A stretch of 62,661 bases of DNA, counting the filler, from Diploschistes diacapsis (Eukaryota), in the NCBI GenBank assembly GCA_023645945.1. It is 17 parts of 17 records of this genome, joined end to end, with 100 filler letters (N's around TTAATTAATTAA, not from the genome) between each part and the next. Parts side by side here need not be neighbours in the genome. Positions count along the whole stretch, not along the records: positions 37,777 to 58,422 come from JALAIB010000334.1; positions 58,523 to 59,835 come from JALAIB010003340.1; positions 59,936 to 61,248 come from JALAIB010003341.1; positions 61,349 to 62,661 come from JALAIB010003342.1; 13 more parts are not named here. One strand, 5' to 3'. A program made the position numbers and the translations under genes. The first letter of the stretch is position 1. Each line of letters opens with the position of its first letter. Positions 52,055 through 62,661 of this stretch are shown in pieces. The notes under the pieces are model-generated. The model was not told where the DNA came from. It saw nothing but the letters and a program-made list of their open reading frames with translations, and made no database searches.

Positions 52055-52835
52055 AGGAGCGCCCCAAAATTCTTGGATCCAGTATTGCTACTGGCTTCAC
52101 TCTTACGAACCTCATCTATGCGATTTATACTACAGGCTTTTGTATAGTATCGAGGACACGCAAGGCTGCCTGGACGGAAGTCATTGGGTGAACTAGGTGG
52201 CCACGTACTGGGCATCTGAAAGACTTATAACCCGAGTCATGCGTATTCCAATTTTGATTCCAGACTCACCTCTTATTCGAGAGTGAGATATTCACCATAG
52301 TGATTGAACTGTACCTGGAGAGATGGAAATTAAAGTCTTTCTAACTTTTCCTGTACTCCTAAATATACCTGACATTCCTCTTTATTGCATAGTTTCGTGA
52401 AGTAGGCAGATATGCTGATGTTAACCAAAGTAAAGAGTACACTGCCAGGCGATACGAAGAATAATTTGCGCACCAGGCAACTTCTTTATACCTATACAAG
52501 AGCTTTAGGGACGCTTCAAATCAAGAACATAATAGGTCTTAGCTACTTGAAGCTCTCTCCAGAACTTTTAGAATCGTTTTATAATTGACTTGGAGCATCT
52601 CTCAACCTCTTGTGTAGGCCTACAAGTGGCGGTAAAAGGTTTCTGTCAAACACGCTTCCAAGTTGAAACTTTCAAGAGTGACGCTAGCTCTCAAAGAGGT
52701 TAGTTTTGCCTTTCCTAGGGCATGTGTTGAAGACCCGTGATGGTGACGCTCAAGTTTCCAATATCTGTCAGCCACTAACCATATCCAGCCGTGATAAGAA
52801 GTTGGTGGCTCCTGCCTGAAGTCTGGGCCGTCATC

Positions 52836-54439
52836 ATGAATCCTGCCATGGCAGCACAATACCGCCTGCAACAGCAGCAGCAAGTCGCGCAACAGCGAGC
52901 GCAGCACTCAACGCCAGGGCGTCGCGGAGTAGGCCCAATGGTACCAGGACCTCAAGGGCAAACTTACCCGACACAAAACGCAAGACAACAGCAAATTATG
53001 ACGCGAGAGGCAGAACTATCCGCTCGAGTGGAGACTCTGGCGAGAAATCGCGCAAGGAGGCCCACGGACCGCAACATGCCGGACGGCATTGAGGAACTGG
53101 TGGTCGGCAACGGAGTTCAAGAGTACAAGCGGTTACGCGAGGCAGAGAGGAAGATGGACGCGGTCATGATGAGGAAACGGCTGGAGCTTCAGGAGCAGAG
53201 GCAGAGGGCTGCACCGCGGACCAGGAAGATGAGGATCTGGATTTCGAATACCGCCGAAAACCAGCCGTGGCAGGGGAAAGAGTTGGACGAGAACGCGTTT
53301 GACTTTAGCTCGGGCTCAGAAGCGACCTATAAAGTGCAGATAGTTGGAAGGCTGCTTGACAACGAGGAGGCAGGGCATGATGTGGACGCGAACAAGGGGG
53401 CCAATGGCTCCAGCGATCGCATGGAAATAGAGCAGGATGGGGATACAGACGCGCCAAAGAAAGCCACAGGGCCATCTCTACCGAAGCAGCGGCTGTCACA
53501 TTTCTTCAAGTCAATTGCAATTGAACTCGATCGCGCCAAAGCTCTACAACAAGACGCATCAAACGTGATCGAATGGAAGAAACCGCCAGTACCGCCCAAC
53601 GTGCCAACTCCGCCTGCGAACGCCGACTTCGACAGCATCCAGTTTGAAAGGAAGAGCGATGAGAACATCAACTGTACCGTCAACCTATACCGTGACGAGC
53701 ACCCAGAACGCTTTGCCATGACCAAGGAGCTGTCGGAAGTCGTCGACGGAGAGGATACTACGAGAGAGCAGGTCATTAACGCGCTTTGGCTTTATATCAA
53801 GGCTCATGGCCTGCAGCGCGATGAAGAGAAGAGACTGGCACAGTGTGACGATAAACTCCGTGCAGTATGTTAAGCCTGTAGACTGTGTCTGCCAACACTA
53901 ATTGTCTGCTCTAGATTTTCAAGCACGATACGGTTTACTTTCCTCAGATGAACGAAGCCATCACCACTCACCTACTTCCTCTTCCACCTGTCAAACTCCC
54001 TTACACGATACGCGTCGATGCCGATTATCAAGCCAACCCTGCACCTACCGTCTACGATATCCTCGTCCCTGCAGAAGATTCTTTACAAGAGGAAATGCTT
54101 TCCATTGTCCAAAGGAATCCCGAGCACATGCAGACCCTCGGCGACATCAGCAGGCTCGACAACGAAATTGCTCTCATCGTGCAGAACCTCAACCACGCCA
54201 AGGCTCGCCATTCTTTCTTCACCAGCATGAGCAAGGACCCGGCCACGTTCGTCAAGCGCTGGGTCAGCAGCCAGAAGCGTGATATGGAGATCATCCTCGG
54301 GGATTCCAGGGTGGGGACCGGCAACGAATGGATGGGGGATGAGTTCCGAAGGGGCGGGAAGGACGGGGTTTGGGGCAGCGAGAATGTCAAGGAGTCGGTC
54401 AGTCTGCTGGTTTCCAAGCCGGGGACTTGGGGGAGGTAA
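52836..54439 (+). CDS. ssr3: SWI/SNF and RSC complex subunit Ssr3/Snf12/Rsc6 (BAF60, SWIB domain), 2 exons (intron 53866-53914)
   Basis: RRPTDRNMPDGIEELVVG, MRIWISNTAENQPWQ, FDSIQFERKSDENINCT, LWLYIKAHGLQRDEEKR..CDDKLR, FFTSMSKDPATFVKRWVSSQKRD. Confidence 0.93.
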
Positions 54440-55004
54440 GCTGTTGGACTTGACAATGTATTTTCCCTACTTCAGCGATGGAGTTGATAGGCTTGCTAAG
54501 AGGCACGGTTGGTAAATGCTCCTCGATTCACGGTGCTCCAACGAGCAGCTCGAGCGAGTAACAACCCGAGGGGAATTGCTGCGTAAAACTGCGTTGAAAT
54601 CCACAAGATGCGGATCCAAAAAGGGGTGAGCAGTACTATCTATGCAATGGGATATGCCCAAGTATCCTTTACGAGTAGATATATTTGTGCTCAGGGTAGT
54701 GTACAACTCCAAAGCCACAATAGAGGAAAGATGTTGCAATGATTGATATAAGCACTTGAGCGGAACAATGCAAAACTCCCAGTCCGAGGGGTCTAGGCAG
54801 CGACGTTGCACCACAACCCAAAACTCGGGCTCAGCCCTGCTGATGCCCGCCTGGTCAAAAGCCCTTCAAGTTAACAACAACCCTTCCTATCATTCCCTAT
54901 CATTCATTTCTTGACTTCTTTCGCCTTGATTTTTCCCCTTCTTTGTCACGAAGACTGATACTAACCACAGCTTCTTTGCCATCCTCGAGAAGGACGACAC
55001 CATT

Positions 55005-56210
55005 ATGTCGTCCCTAACTCACCATCTCGTCGCCCGCGGCGTGGACGAGTTCACCCAGCGTGTTCGCAACATCCAGAATGGTCCAGAAGTCATTACCATT
55101 ACACCTGCTGGCTATGCTCTCCTCGCCTTGACCACCCTCTTCTTTTTCCTCTGTTCTGCAGCTGTAAGTCGATTTCCGTCGCACCAGGGTTTGTTTGCTA
55201 ACGTGTCTCAGATTCGTTACACATATGGCGAAGTTGTTGCGGCACTCGCGATGATCGAGTCCCCCACATCGACCGCCATCATTCGAACACCCCCAGAAGA
55301 TGCGGACGATGTCAACGCTTCCTTGATCGCTGGCGACGAGAAGGGCCCGGCCAAGCACGAGCTTTTCGTCATCAAGTCAAAGCCCCTCACCTCCAAATTT
55401 CGAACCATCACCAAACACCTTACTCAGCGTGCGGGACGTCTTTCTCGCTTCCGAGGTCTCCCCATCTTCCTTGGATACAACGTTCTTTTCCATCTCTTGA
55501 GCTGGGTCTTGTTTAGCATCTTCCCTAGGAGCCTCCTCTTCCGCTCCTTCATCCACGTTCTCGTATCTGTCGGTCTTTGCCGCATTTCCCTCCTTTGGAA
55601 CCACGTCGTTATTTCCGAGCCAAGCAAGCAGTCCTGGTACAGTCGCATCGTTGGCCGTGACGTCGGCCGGCAAATCATCGTTCCAACCGCGCTGTTCGCC
55701 TTTTCCGAGCAAGCTGCCGTTCTCGTCCCTGCTACGATCTCCAAGTGCTTTCACCTCCGCGACATCTACCGCAATCCCAATTATGCTCTCGCCCAAATGA
55801 GCAACGCCCAGCAGTCCTGGACCCTCGTTAAGCTTGCCCTTGTCGGCATCTCGGGTTTCGTGTGCTTCGTCTTCGTTTTCCTCCCAACTGCCGTTGCGTT
55901 CACGCGCGTGCAAGCTTCGCTGCTCCCGCTTGAAGAAGAATCGATTGTTCCGTTCGACCGTACTTTCGGCGGCAGGGTCACACCAGCATTCGTTGGTGGA
56001 TCTGGCAGGTTGGCTATGAGCGAGGCATGGAAGTCCATGGATTGCAATGCCCGTGTACGTGTCTTCAAGGTGTACGCCAAGGTCGCTTTGATTCAGAGCG
56101 CTCTGGTCTTTTTGTACGCGATCGTTATCCTGATCGAGGCTCGGTTCGTTATTGGCGCGGAGAAGTTCGATAAAAAGGTTGTCGCTCTGGCACAGCCTAT
56201 TCAGAATTAG
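55005..56210 (+). CDS. Conserved fungal multi-pass membrane protein of unknown function; in-frame intron 55164-55211
   Basis: Motifs YTYGEVVAALAMIESP, RAGRLSRFRGL, WNHVVISEPS, TRVQASLLP.EEESIVPFDRTFGG; several TM helices. Confidence 0.85.
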   Translation: MSSLTHHLVARGVDEFTQRVRNIQNGPEVITITPAGYALLALTTLFFFLCSAAVSRFPSHQGLFANVSQIRYTYGEVVAALAMIESPTSTAIIRTPPEDADDVNASLIAGDEKGPAKHELFVIKSKPLTSKFRTITKHLTQRAGRLSRFRGLPIFLGYNVLFHLLSWVLFSIFPRSLLFRSFIHVLVSVGLCRISLLWNHVVISEPSKQSWYSRIVGRDVGRQIIVPTALFAFSEQAAVLVPATISKCFHLRDIYRNPNYALAQMSNAQQSWTLVKLALVGISGFVCFVFVFLPTAVAFTRVQASLLPLEEESIVPFDRTFGGRVTPAFVGGSGRLAMSEAWKSMDCNARVRVFKVYAKVALIQSALVFLYAIVILIEARFVIGAEKFDKKVVALAQPIQN

Positions 56211-56657
56211 ATTGCTTGGACTGATCGGGAGTAGCGAAGATCTCAATTGAACAAGTTTGGGTGCTCGATGTTGGCGATTAACTGTATTTCTTAGCAGCGA
56301 TTAGTCGGAACAGCTTCGGGAAGTAGATTACCACGAATGCATATTGGATTTGTTTCTGGTCTGGTGACCCAATTCAAGACGGCGTTATGCTGTTGTGATG
56401 GTTCAATGGAAACTCTTGCTACTCTCGAGGACGATGCGTACAGCTACAATAGGTTCTGCTTTGGGATCCTGTACTTTTGTCCCCAAAACCTCATGTAGAC
56501 AGGGCAACTTTATCATTTCACAACTTGTTCGCTTGCACTGAATTAACAATATTACGTTTCTTTTTAATACAGCAATAGCGTTATATCTACATACATCCCT
56601 TACTTTAGAGGGAAGGCTTCCGTAAGGATGAGAGCGCTTTATATTTGATTCAGTACT

Positions 56658-58422
56658 ATGTCAACACCTACTCTCGATCAGTTCCTATCAGAGATTGCAC
56701 AGATTCTACGGGCCAAGGATGGCTCCAAACTCCAAGACTTCTTGGCCATTGAACCGCCTCTACCTCCAATATACAAAACTCTCGCGGATGAGCTCCGACG
56801 AATATACCCACAAGACAAATCTAAATCCCTAGAAGAAAAGTGCGAGAGCTTTCTGCCTGCAGATGATGGCCCTCAAGGTGGCTCCTGGCCGGCATTCATC
56901 TCCTTTCTCGTCCAATACCTTTCTTTCCTCCGTGACCTCGACCCTTCGAACCTTGTCTCGACGCACGAGAAGCTCAAATCTCTATTTAGGTCCTTGCCTC
57001 CCCCTTCTTGCATTCTGTACCATCTACTAACAGTAACACCTAGCGCCTCCACCCTCGCCTTAAGCGATGCCTCCATGGGCGCCACCGTTCTCGCCACAAC
57101 AATCTCTTACTCTCGCCTCCTTGCCCGCCTCTCAATCCTCCTGGAAAAGCAGCCCAACCTCACCAACTCCCTCCGGCTCACCCTCTCATCGTCAGGCGAG
57201 CGCCTCACCCTCGCCGAATCCTCCGCCACCACTATCCGCGATGCCTTCAAACGGTGCCTCTCCGACCGCCCTTCCTCCCCATCCGACCCCCTCTCCGGCC
57301 GTCGCAGCGGCATCTACCACCTCGCCAACCTGGCCCTCAAACTCCTCTCCCACGCCAACAACCTCAAACTCTCCGAGCAGATCTTCCACGGCATCCAATC
57401 CTCCCCCCACCCACCCACACTGCGGTCCTATCCCGCAAGCCAGCGCGTAACCTACCTCTACCACCTCGGCCGCTACCTCTTCCTAACCTCGCACTTCCAC
57501 CTATCCACCCTCGCCCTCTCAAGCGCCTACGCGCAATGCCACGCCCATGCCCCCCAACAGCGGCGCAAAATAACAACCCACCTCCTCCTCGCGAACCTCT
57601 GCCTCGGCCGCTTCGCCACGCCCGCCCTCCTCTCCCGCTCAGAATGCGCGCCCCTCACCCCACACCTCCTCCCGCTCTACCACGCCCTTAAGCTCGGCGA
57701 CCTCGCGTCCCTCCGCACCACGCTCGCCCTCCCGCACCCGACCGCGCAGTCCCTTCTCCGTCTCCGCGCCCTCTTCCAGGTCCAGGATGCCTGCGACGAC
57801 ATCGCCTTCCGCTCCCTGGCCCGTCGCTGTTTCCTGTTAGCCGGCTTCCAGCCAGGGCCGGGCGCGAAGCAGGCACCGAACTTCAGCCTGCGCGATCTGG
57901 CGACCCTTGTGGCGCTGTGCGAGAGGCGGCAGAGGGAAGGCTTTGAGAAGATGGCCAGGGACGTGAGGGAGCGGTATCCCGCGCAGTTCCAAGACGAGGC
58001 GTGGGTCGAGCCGGATTTGCGCGACGAGGAGGATGAGGGACGTGGCGGCGAGACCGAGGCAGGGGAAGAGCCGGGAACACGGCCGGAAGCGGGTGGCGCG
58101 CTCCACCACCGGGCGCAGAACGCTCTTGGCCCCGGTCCGGCTATGGGCGATGGCGATGGTGACGACAAAGACGGGGACGGAGACAGAGATGAAGAGCCCT
58201 CCGACACCGACCCCCCCCACGGTTGCGACCGTGACCTGCCCCTCCGCGTCGAGTCGCGCCTCGCGTCGCTCATCCACCAGGGCTTCCTGCACGCCTACCT
58301 GTCGCGCAAGCACGGCAAGCTGGTGGTGCTGGGAGCCAAGGCCCGGCCCGCGGCCGAGGTGGGGTGGCCGGTGGTGGCGGAGGTGCTGAGGAGGGAGGCG
58401 GAGGCGGAGATGAGGGAGGAGG
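56658..58422 (+). CDS. PCI-domain protein, CSN12/Thp1/PCID2-like; intron 56990-57043, 3' truncated
   Basis: DGSKLQDFLAIEPPLPPIY, IRDAFKRCLSDR, GIYHLANLALKLL, YPASQRVTYLYHLGRYLF, ASLIHQGFLHAYLS. Confidence 0.85.
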
Positions 58423-58860
58423 NNNNNNNNNNNNNNNNNNNNNNNNNNNNNNNNNNNNNNNNNNNNTTAATTAATTAANNNNNNNNNNNNNNNNNNNNNN
58501 NNNNNNNNNNNNNNNNNNNNNNACTTTATATAATATAATAATAATAATTAATAATTACGTAATTACGTAATATTATGATTATATAATCATTAATTAATTA
58601 TTATTATTAATCTTATTAGTATTATATTATAATTATTAATCTTTTTGCTTACGTAATATATTAGTAAAAAAATGATTGGCCTCGCCATCTTCGCCGGTTT
58701 TCGCCGGTTTTGCCGGTTTCGCCGTGTTTCGCCAAACCTTTTAGCGAAAGTTGGCGAGTCGCTTAAACGCAATTATCTGTCTCCCACCTTGCAGGTTTCG
58801 CCAGTTTCGCCAACTTCGCGGATTTTCGCGGTGTTTCGCCGCCAAAAACTTTTCGTAATG

Positions 58861-59755
58861 ATAATCGTATTTTAAAACACGATATTATAGTTAATTTAAT
58901 AAATTTAAATTTATTAAAAGGGAAAACGATTCTTAAACGTATAATTAATTTAATCGAATATAATTTTCCGTCGCGATAAAACGATATACGCGATATAATT
59001 AATTTAATACGCGCAGTTCGAAACACGCCGTCAATCGAACCACGATAGATATAAAACTTCGTATAATAATAAAAAATACTTAAAATACGTTATTAAAAAA
59101 TATTAATTAAAGATTTACGAATCGTACGAAATTAATTCGATTTCGTACGTAACGTAATTAATAAATATAATATTCTTGATTCGGATATTTATAATTTCGA
59201 CGAAACCGGCTTTCTTATAGGAATATTAAGCTATATAAAGGTCGTAATTATTTTAAATCGCAAAAATAGATCTGGTACGAAGTAACTCGGTAATCGAAAA
59301 TAAATTTTTATTATTAAAACTATTTACGCGGACGATTATACGTTAAATAATAATTCTTAAAATCGAGATCAAGATATTTCGTACGACGAATAAAATATTT
59401 AATAAACGAAAAAAGATTAAAAAAACGCGCGTACGAATTAAAAAATCATTTAACGTATTAGAAGTAATCGTATTATAATTTTTAAAGATCGAAATTCGTA
59501 TAAAGCAAATTGATATATCTGAAAATAAAAGTCGTACGAAGGAGGTCTGATTGCGCGTACGACGTTATAATAAATATAATCAGTCCGGGTATAATACGCG
59601 AATTTACGAAATAAAATTTATAACTTTTAAAGAAAATATTGATAATTAATATAATAAATTATCGTAAGAATTAAGTACGTAAATATAATTGCAACTCGTA
59701 CGAATCGAGAAGGATGTCCGTTCGCTATGAGTGTCCGCTCGCTATGCATATACGT
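58861..59755 (+). mobile_element. Fot1/pogo family B, internally deleted, with 3' TIR
   Basis: DIYNFDETGFL at ~59185, a RIPed C-terminal CCHC knuckle RR(C)NK(C)NQSG(H)NTRI(C) at ~59560-59610, and TIR TGTCCGTTCGCTATGAGTGTCCGCTCGCTATGCATATACGT followed by TA. Confidence 0.8.
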
Positions 59756-60250
59756 TATGGAATTATATATATAATAAATTTCTTTTAACTTCATCTTCTT
59801 CATACGAAAAAAACTATTGATCCTAAACATTACGANNNNNNNNNNNNNNNNNNNNNNNNNNNNNNNNNNNNNNNNNNNNTTAATTAATTAANNNNNNNNN
59901 NNNNNNNNNNNNNNNNNNNNNNNNNNNNNNNNNNNCCCGTAATTAATAATACCCGGGAATAAATAATTAACGTTAATAAAAATTATAAACGAAAACGAAT
60001 TTTTAAAATAAAATAATATTAATCATTACGACAATTATACTTTTTTATAGAATCTAAAAGCGTATTTAATTAAAAACGACGTTGAAAGGGGTTTAAAGAA
60101 GTAAAAACATCTATTACGAAAGAATAACGGATATCCTTTTAAATAAATCAGAAAAAGAGATAAAAATCGAGGTAACAATTAACTAAAAAAAGAACATCGC
60201 GTTTATAAGAGACACAAGCATCTAGAAAGGGAGGTAATAAGACAGCCCAA

Positions 60251-60384
60251 CCCAGGGACCTGCCAAGCCACGGCAGGGTTAGTGCCCAGGGGCTTGCCAA
60301 GCCACGGCAGGGTCAATGCCCAGGTGCTTGCCAAGTTACGGCAGAGTTAATGCTCAGGTGCTTGCCAAGACACGGCAGGGTTAA
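60251..60384. repeat. Four tandem 34-bp repeats in a GC-rich LTR-like segment
   Basis: CCCAGGG(A/G)C(C/T)TGCCAAGCCACGGCAGGGT(T/C)A(G/A)TG x4, degenerating towards the right. Confidence 0.9.
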
Positions 60385-60599
60385 AAGGTAATTATATAGA
60401 TAGGTAATCCCCGAACCCCGGTAAATCTGGTACCTATACTATTTAACGGTGCCCTTCTTCCACTTAAATAGTTTTTTCTTCAGCTTTTCGAATCGAGACC
60501 TTTTACCTGCAGATGCCTAGCTACACCTAATCCTTCCGGATCAGGCCCAGCTCCCGGTAGAGTAGCATCCTTTCCTACGCTGGCGTTTTAAATACATTT

Positions 60600-61248
60600 T
60601 ATTCTTAAGCTGGACGTTAAAACCTTAATGTATTAATTAAATAGATCTAATATCGATCTATTAGGGGCCCTCGTTAGCAATTGCTTATATAGATTTAGTT
60701 TTTCGATTTCGAAGTACGATATGTCCCGAAAAGATATCATGTTGTAATAGATACGCTCTCCCGACGACCCGCTGCGAGTCAGATTCAATAGATAAAGAAG
60801 ATATAGACGACTTCGTGAAGCAATACTTCGGGATTCGTTATCGGATTTACGCCCAGAATCACGATCCGGACGGATCTGAGCTGGGGACCCTGGGGACCAA
60901 TGATCCTACTTCAGAAAGAATCCTGCCTATGATTTTAAATCCGGATTCCCGTTATACTAGTGAGTATCAAAAGATAGCCGAATACCTAACTTCATTATAG
61001 AAATCATTTGGGATATTAAGTGCGGAATTTAGGAATCTAAGACGCTAAATCATCCAGTATTTGATCTAGTATAAAGAACTTTTTAGACGCGGCCGCTACT
61101 TATAGACAGCACGAAAAATAATCGATAATCTCGATAAAAGGATATATATCCTAAAGGAAATGTATCTTTAGTTTAGCCATCGGAATTATAATATTATTTA
61201 AAAGATAATAATTTAGCGATACTAATAAAATAAAATATATATAGATGC
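60600..61248 (+). mobile_element. Ty3/gypsy pol remnant (RNase H to integrase linker), RIPed
   Basis: Degenerate ...FFDFEVR(H)VP..K..V(A)DTLSRRP, a Ty3 RNase H C-terminal motif. Confidence 0.65.
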
Positions 61249-61348
61249 NNNNNNNNNNNNNNNNNNNNNNNNNNNNNNNNNNNNNNNNNNNNTTAATTAA
61301 TTAANNNNNNNNNNNNNNNNNNNNNNNNNNNNNNNNNNNNNNNNNNNN

Positions 61349-61525
61349 AGACAGATATATCAAAATAATAAAATATATTGTTATAATTAAATCCTTAACG
61401 TCGACGGGTTGACGACGGTAGTCTTACGGGACGTAATTTTAAAATATAACGTTTTAAAAGATATTATATCCGATCGAAAATCAGTCTTAACGAATTAATA
61501 TTGATTTCAATTTTATCGTACCATA
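61349..61525 (+). mobile_element. Ty3/gypsy integrase core fragment, interrupted by an LTR-like segment starting TGTAAAGG at ~61527
   Basis: VLKDIISDRKSVLTN matches the GVPxxIISDRGSVFTS motif. Confidence 0.6.
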
Positions 61526-61864
61526 CTGTAAAGGTTAATACTACAGTGTGACAATAAGGCAGATAAGTGGCTATTCGGTGGCTAGATCTCTGCTAAACGA
61601 TAGATGTACTGATGAAATAATTTCTGAAAAACTATCTTTATTTGCGAAAACTCTGTTCTTATATAAGAACACGTTAGCGGGCCTTGGTATATGCTTGACA
61701 TACTTTTTGGTAGCTTTTATTGAATTCTACGTATTATAATTATTTTTTTTTCTTAAATTTTATTTTTAAAACGTTTAATTATCGTAACGTGCCTTTATCG
61801 TTAATTATACGATAATAGATCTTTAACGTGTCGTTAATTTTTTATATTTTAATAATATTAATTA

Positions 61865-62661
61865 TTTTTGGGCAACGCATGTATTGAAGTCTAGATATCT
61901 AGAGATCTAACTAGAAGGAATAGTCTACATGCAAACTCTTATACCAATAGGATCCATTAAGCCCTATAGACTTGCACTACTCCCGATTAGGATTAGCAGG
62001 AACTTTAGTAGGTTCAGCTGAACTGAACCTGAACCTGAGGTTTAGTTGAACTTCCTAGCCATGTATTTTGCCTGCCTGTTCAACACTCCCCCACGGGCGG
62101 AATTATCGGTATGTTCACCTGGTTTAGCTGGATGCCCTCTGTATTAGTCCAAATCCTTTAACGAACATGTCGTGTTTGGCGTAGTTTAGTGGTTTCGTTA
62201 ATCCGTCGGCAATTATCTTGTCTATAAATATATAAGTAACATTAATACGGCCTCGTTTAACTAGATCCCGTATATAATAATAAACAATATCGATATACTT
62301 TGACCTGTCGTTGATTCTCGCGTGCTTTATTAGATCTAAAAAACCTATATTGTCTCTTAATAATTTAATAATAAATAAAGATGGTCCTATAAACTCTAAA
62401 TATTTAATATCTTTTAAAAACTATACGTATTATACGGCCTATTTTACGGCATATAATAATCTAATATATTCAGCTTTAATTATCGAGATAAAAATTAAAC
62501 TTTATTTTTTACTTATTTATAATATTAAGTCATTATATAATTAAAAGATATATCTATACGTAAACTTTCGGTCTATTTTGTTTCCCTTATAATTTATATC
62601 AGAATATTTTCGTAATTTTAAAAGTTTAGGTTCAAATTCAGTCAAAAATTGAACTTTCGTA
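61865..62661 (-). mobile_element. Ty1/copia 3' end, second copy of 34005-34850 (LTR 61865-62085, PPT, RNase H)
   Basis: Colinear with 34005-34800, mostly transition differences; TGTTGA LTR start after the GGGGGAG PPT. Confidence 0.88.

Noticed and set aside
60251..60384. CRISPR-like palindromic repeats
   Set aside because: The units are head-to-tail with no unique spacers, the context is a eukaryotic TE, and there are no cas genes.

Overview
Filamentous ascomycete (Pezizomycotina-type) genomic DNA. It is not one locus: 17 contigs are concatenated with an artificial 100-nt linker (N-run, TTAATTAATTAA, N-run). Two ~20.7-kb gene-rich contigs (2835-23522 and 37777-58422) carry intron-containing genes: a TOK1-like two-pore K+ channel, BST1 GPI inositol-deacylase, myo-inositol oxygenase, a frameshifted SnoaL-like gene, an F-box protein, RPL27, a ~2100-aa coiled-coil protein, an MFS pseudogene, SWI/SNF-RSC subunit Ssr3/Snf12, a membrane protein and a PCI-domain CSN12-like protein. 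The fifteen ~1.3-kb contigs are mostly AT-rich, RIP-degenerated transposon debris (Fot1/pogo, Ty1/copia, Ty3/gypsy chromovirus, Tad1-like LINE, hAT-like ends). The most interesting region is 13948-21550. Two tandem genes with SesA/HeLo-like N-terminal domains each end in a two-fold pseudo-repeat of the same ~17-aa motif (roughly Phi-x-F-x-N/D-P/T-x-F-A/G-x-x-S-x-N-x-F-G), and a divergently transcribed third gene carries the motif at its N-terminus. This is the layout of a fungal amyloid (prion-like) signalling cell-death cluster, but the motif does not obviously match the HET-s/HRAM, sigma or PP motifs as I know them. All assignments come from manual reading; no searches were run.
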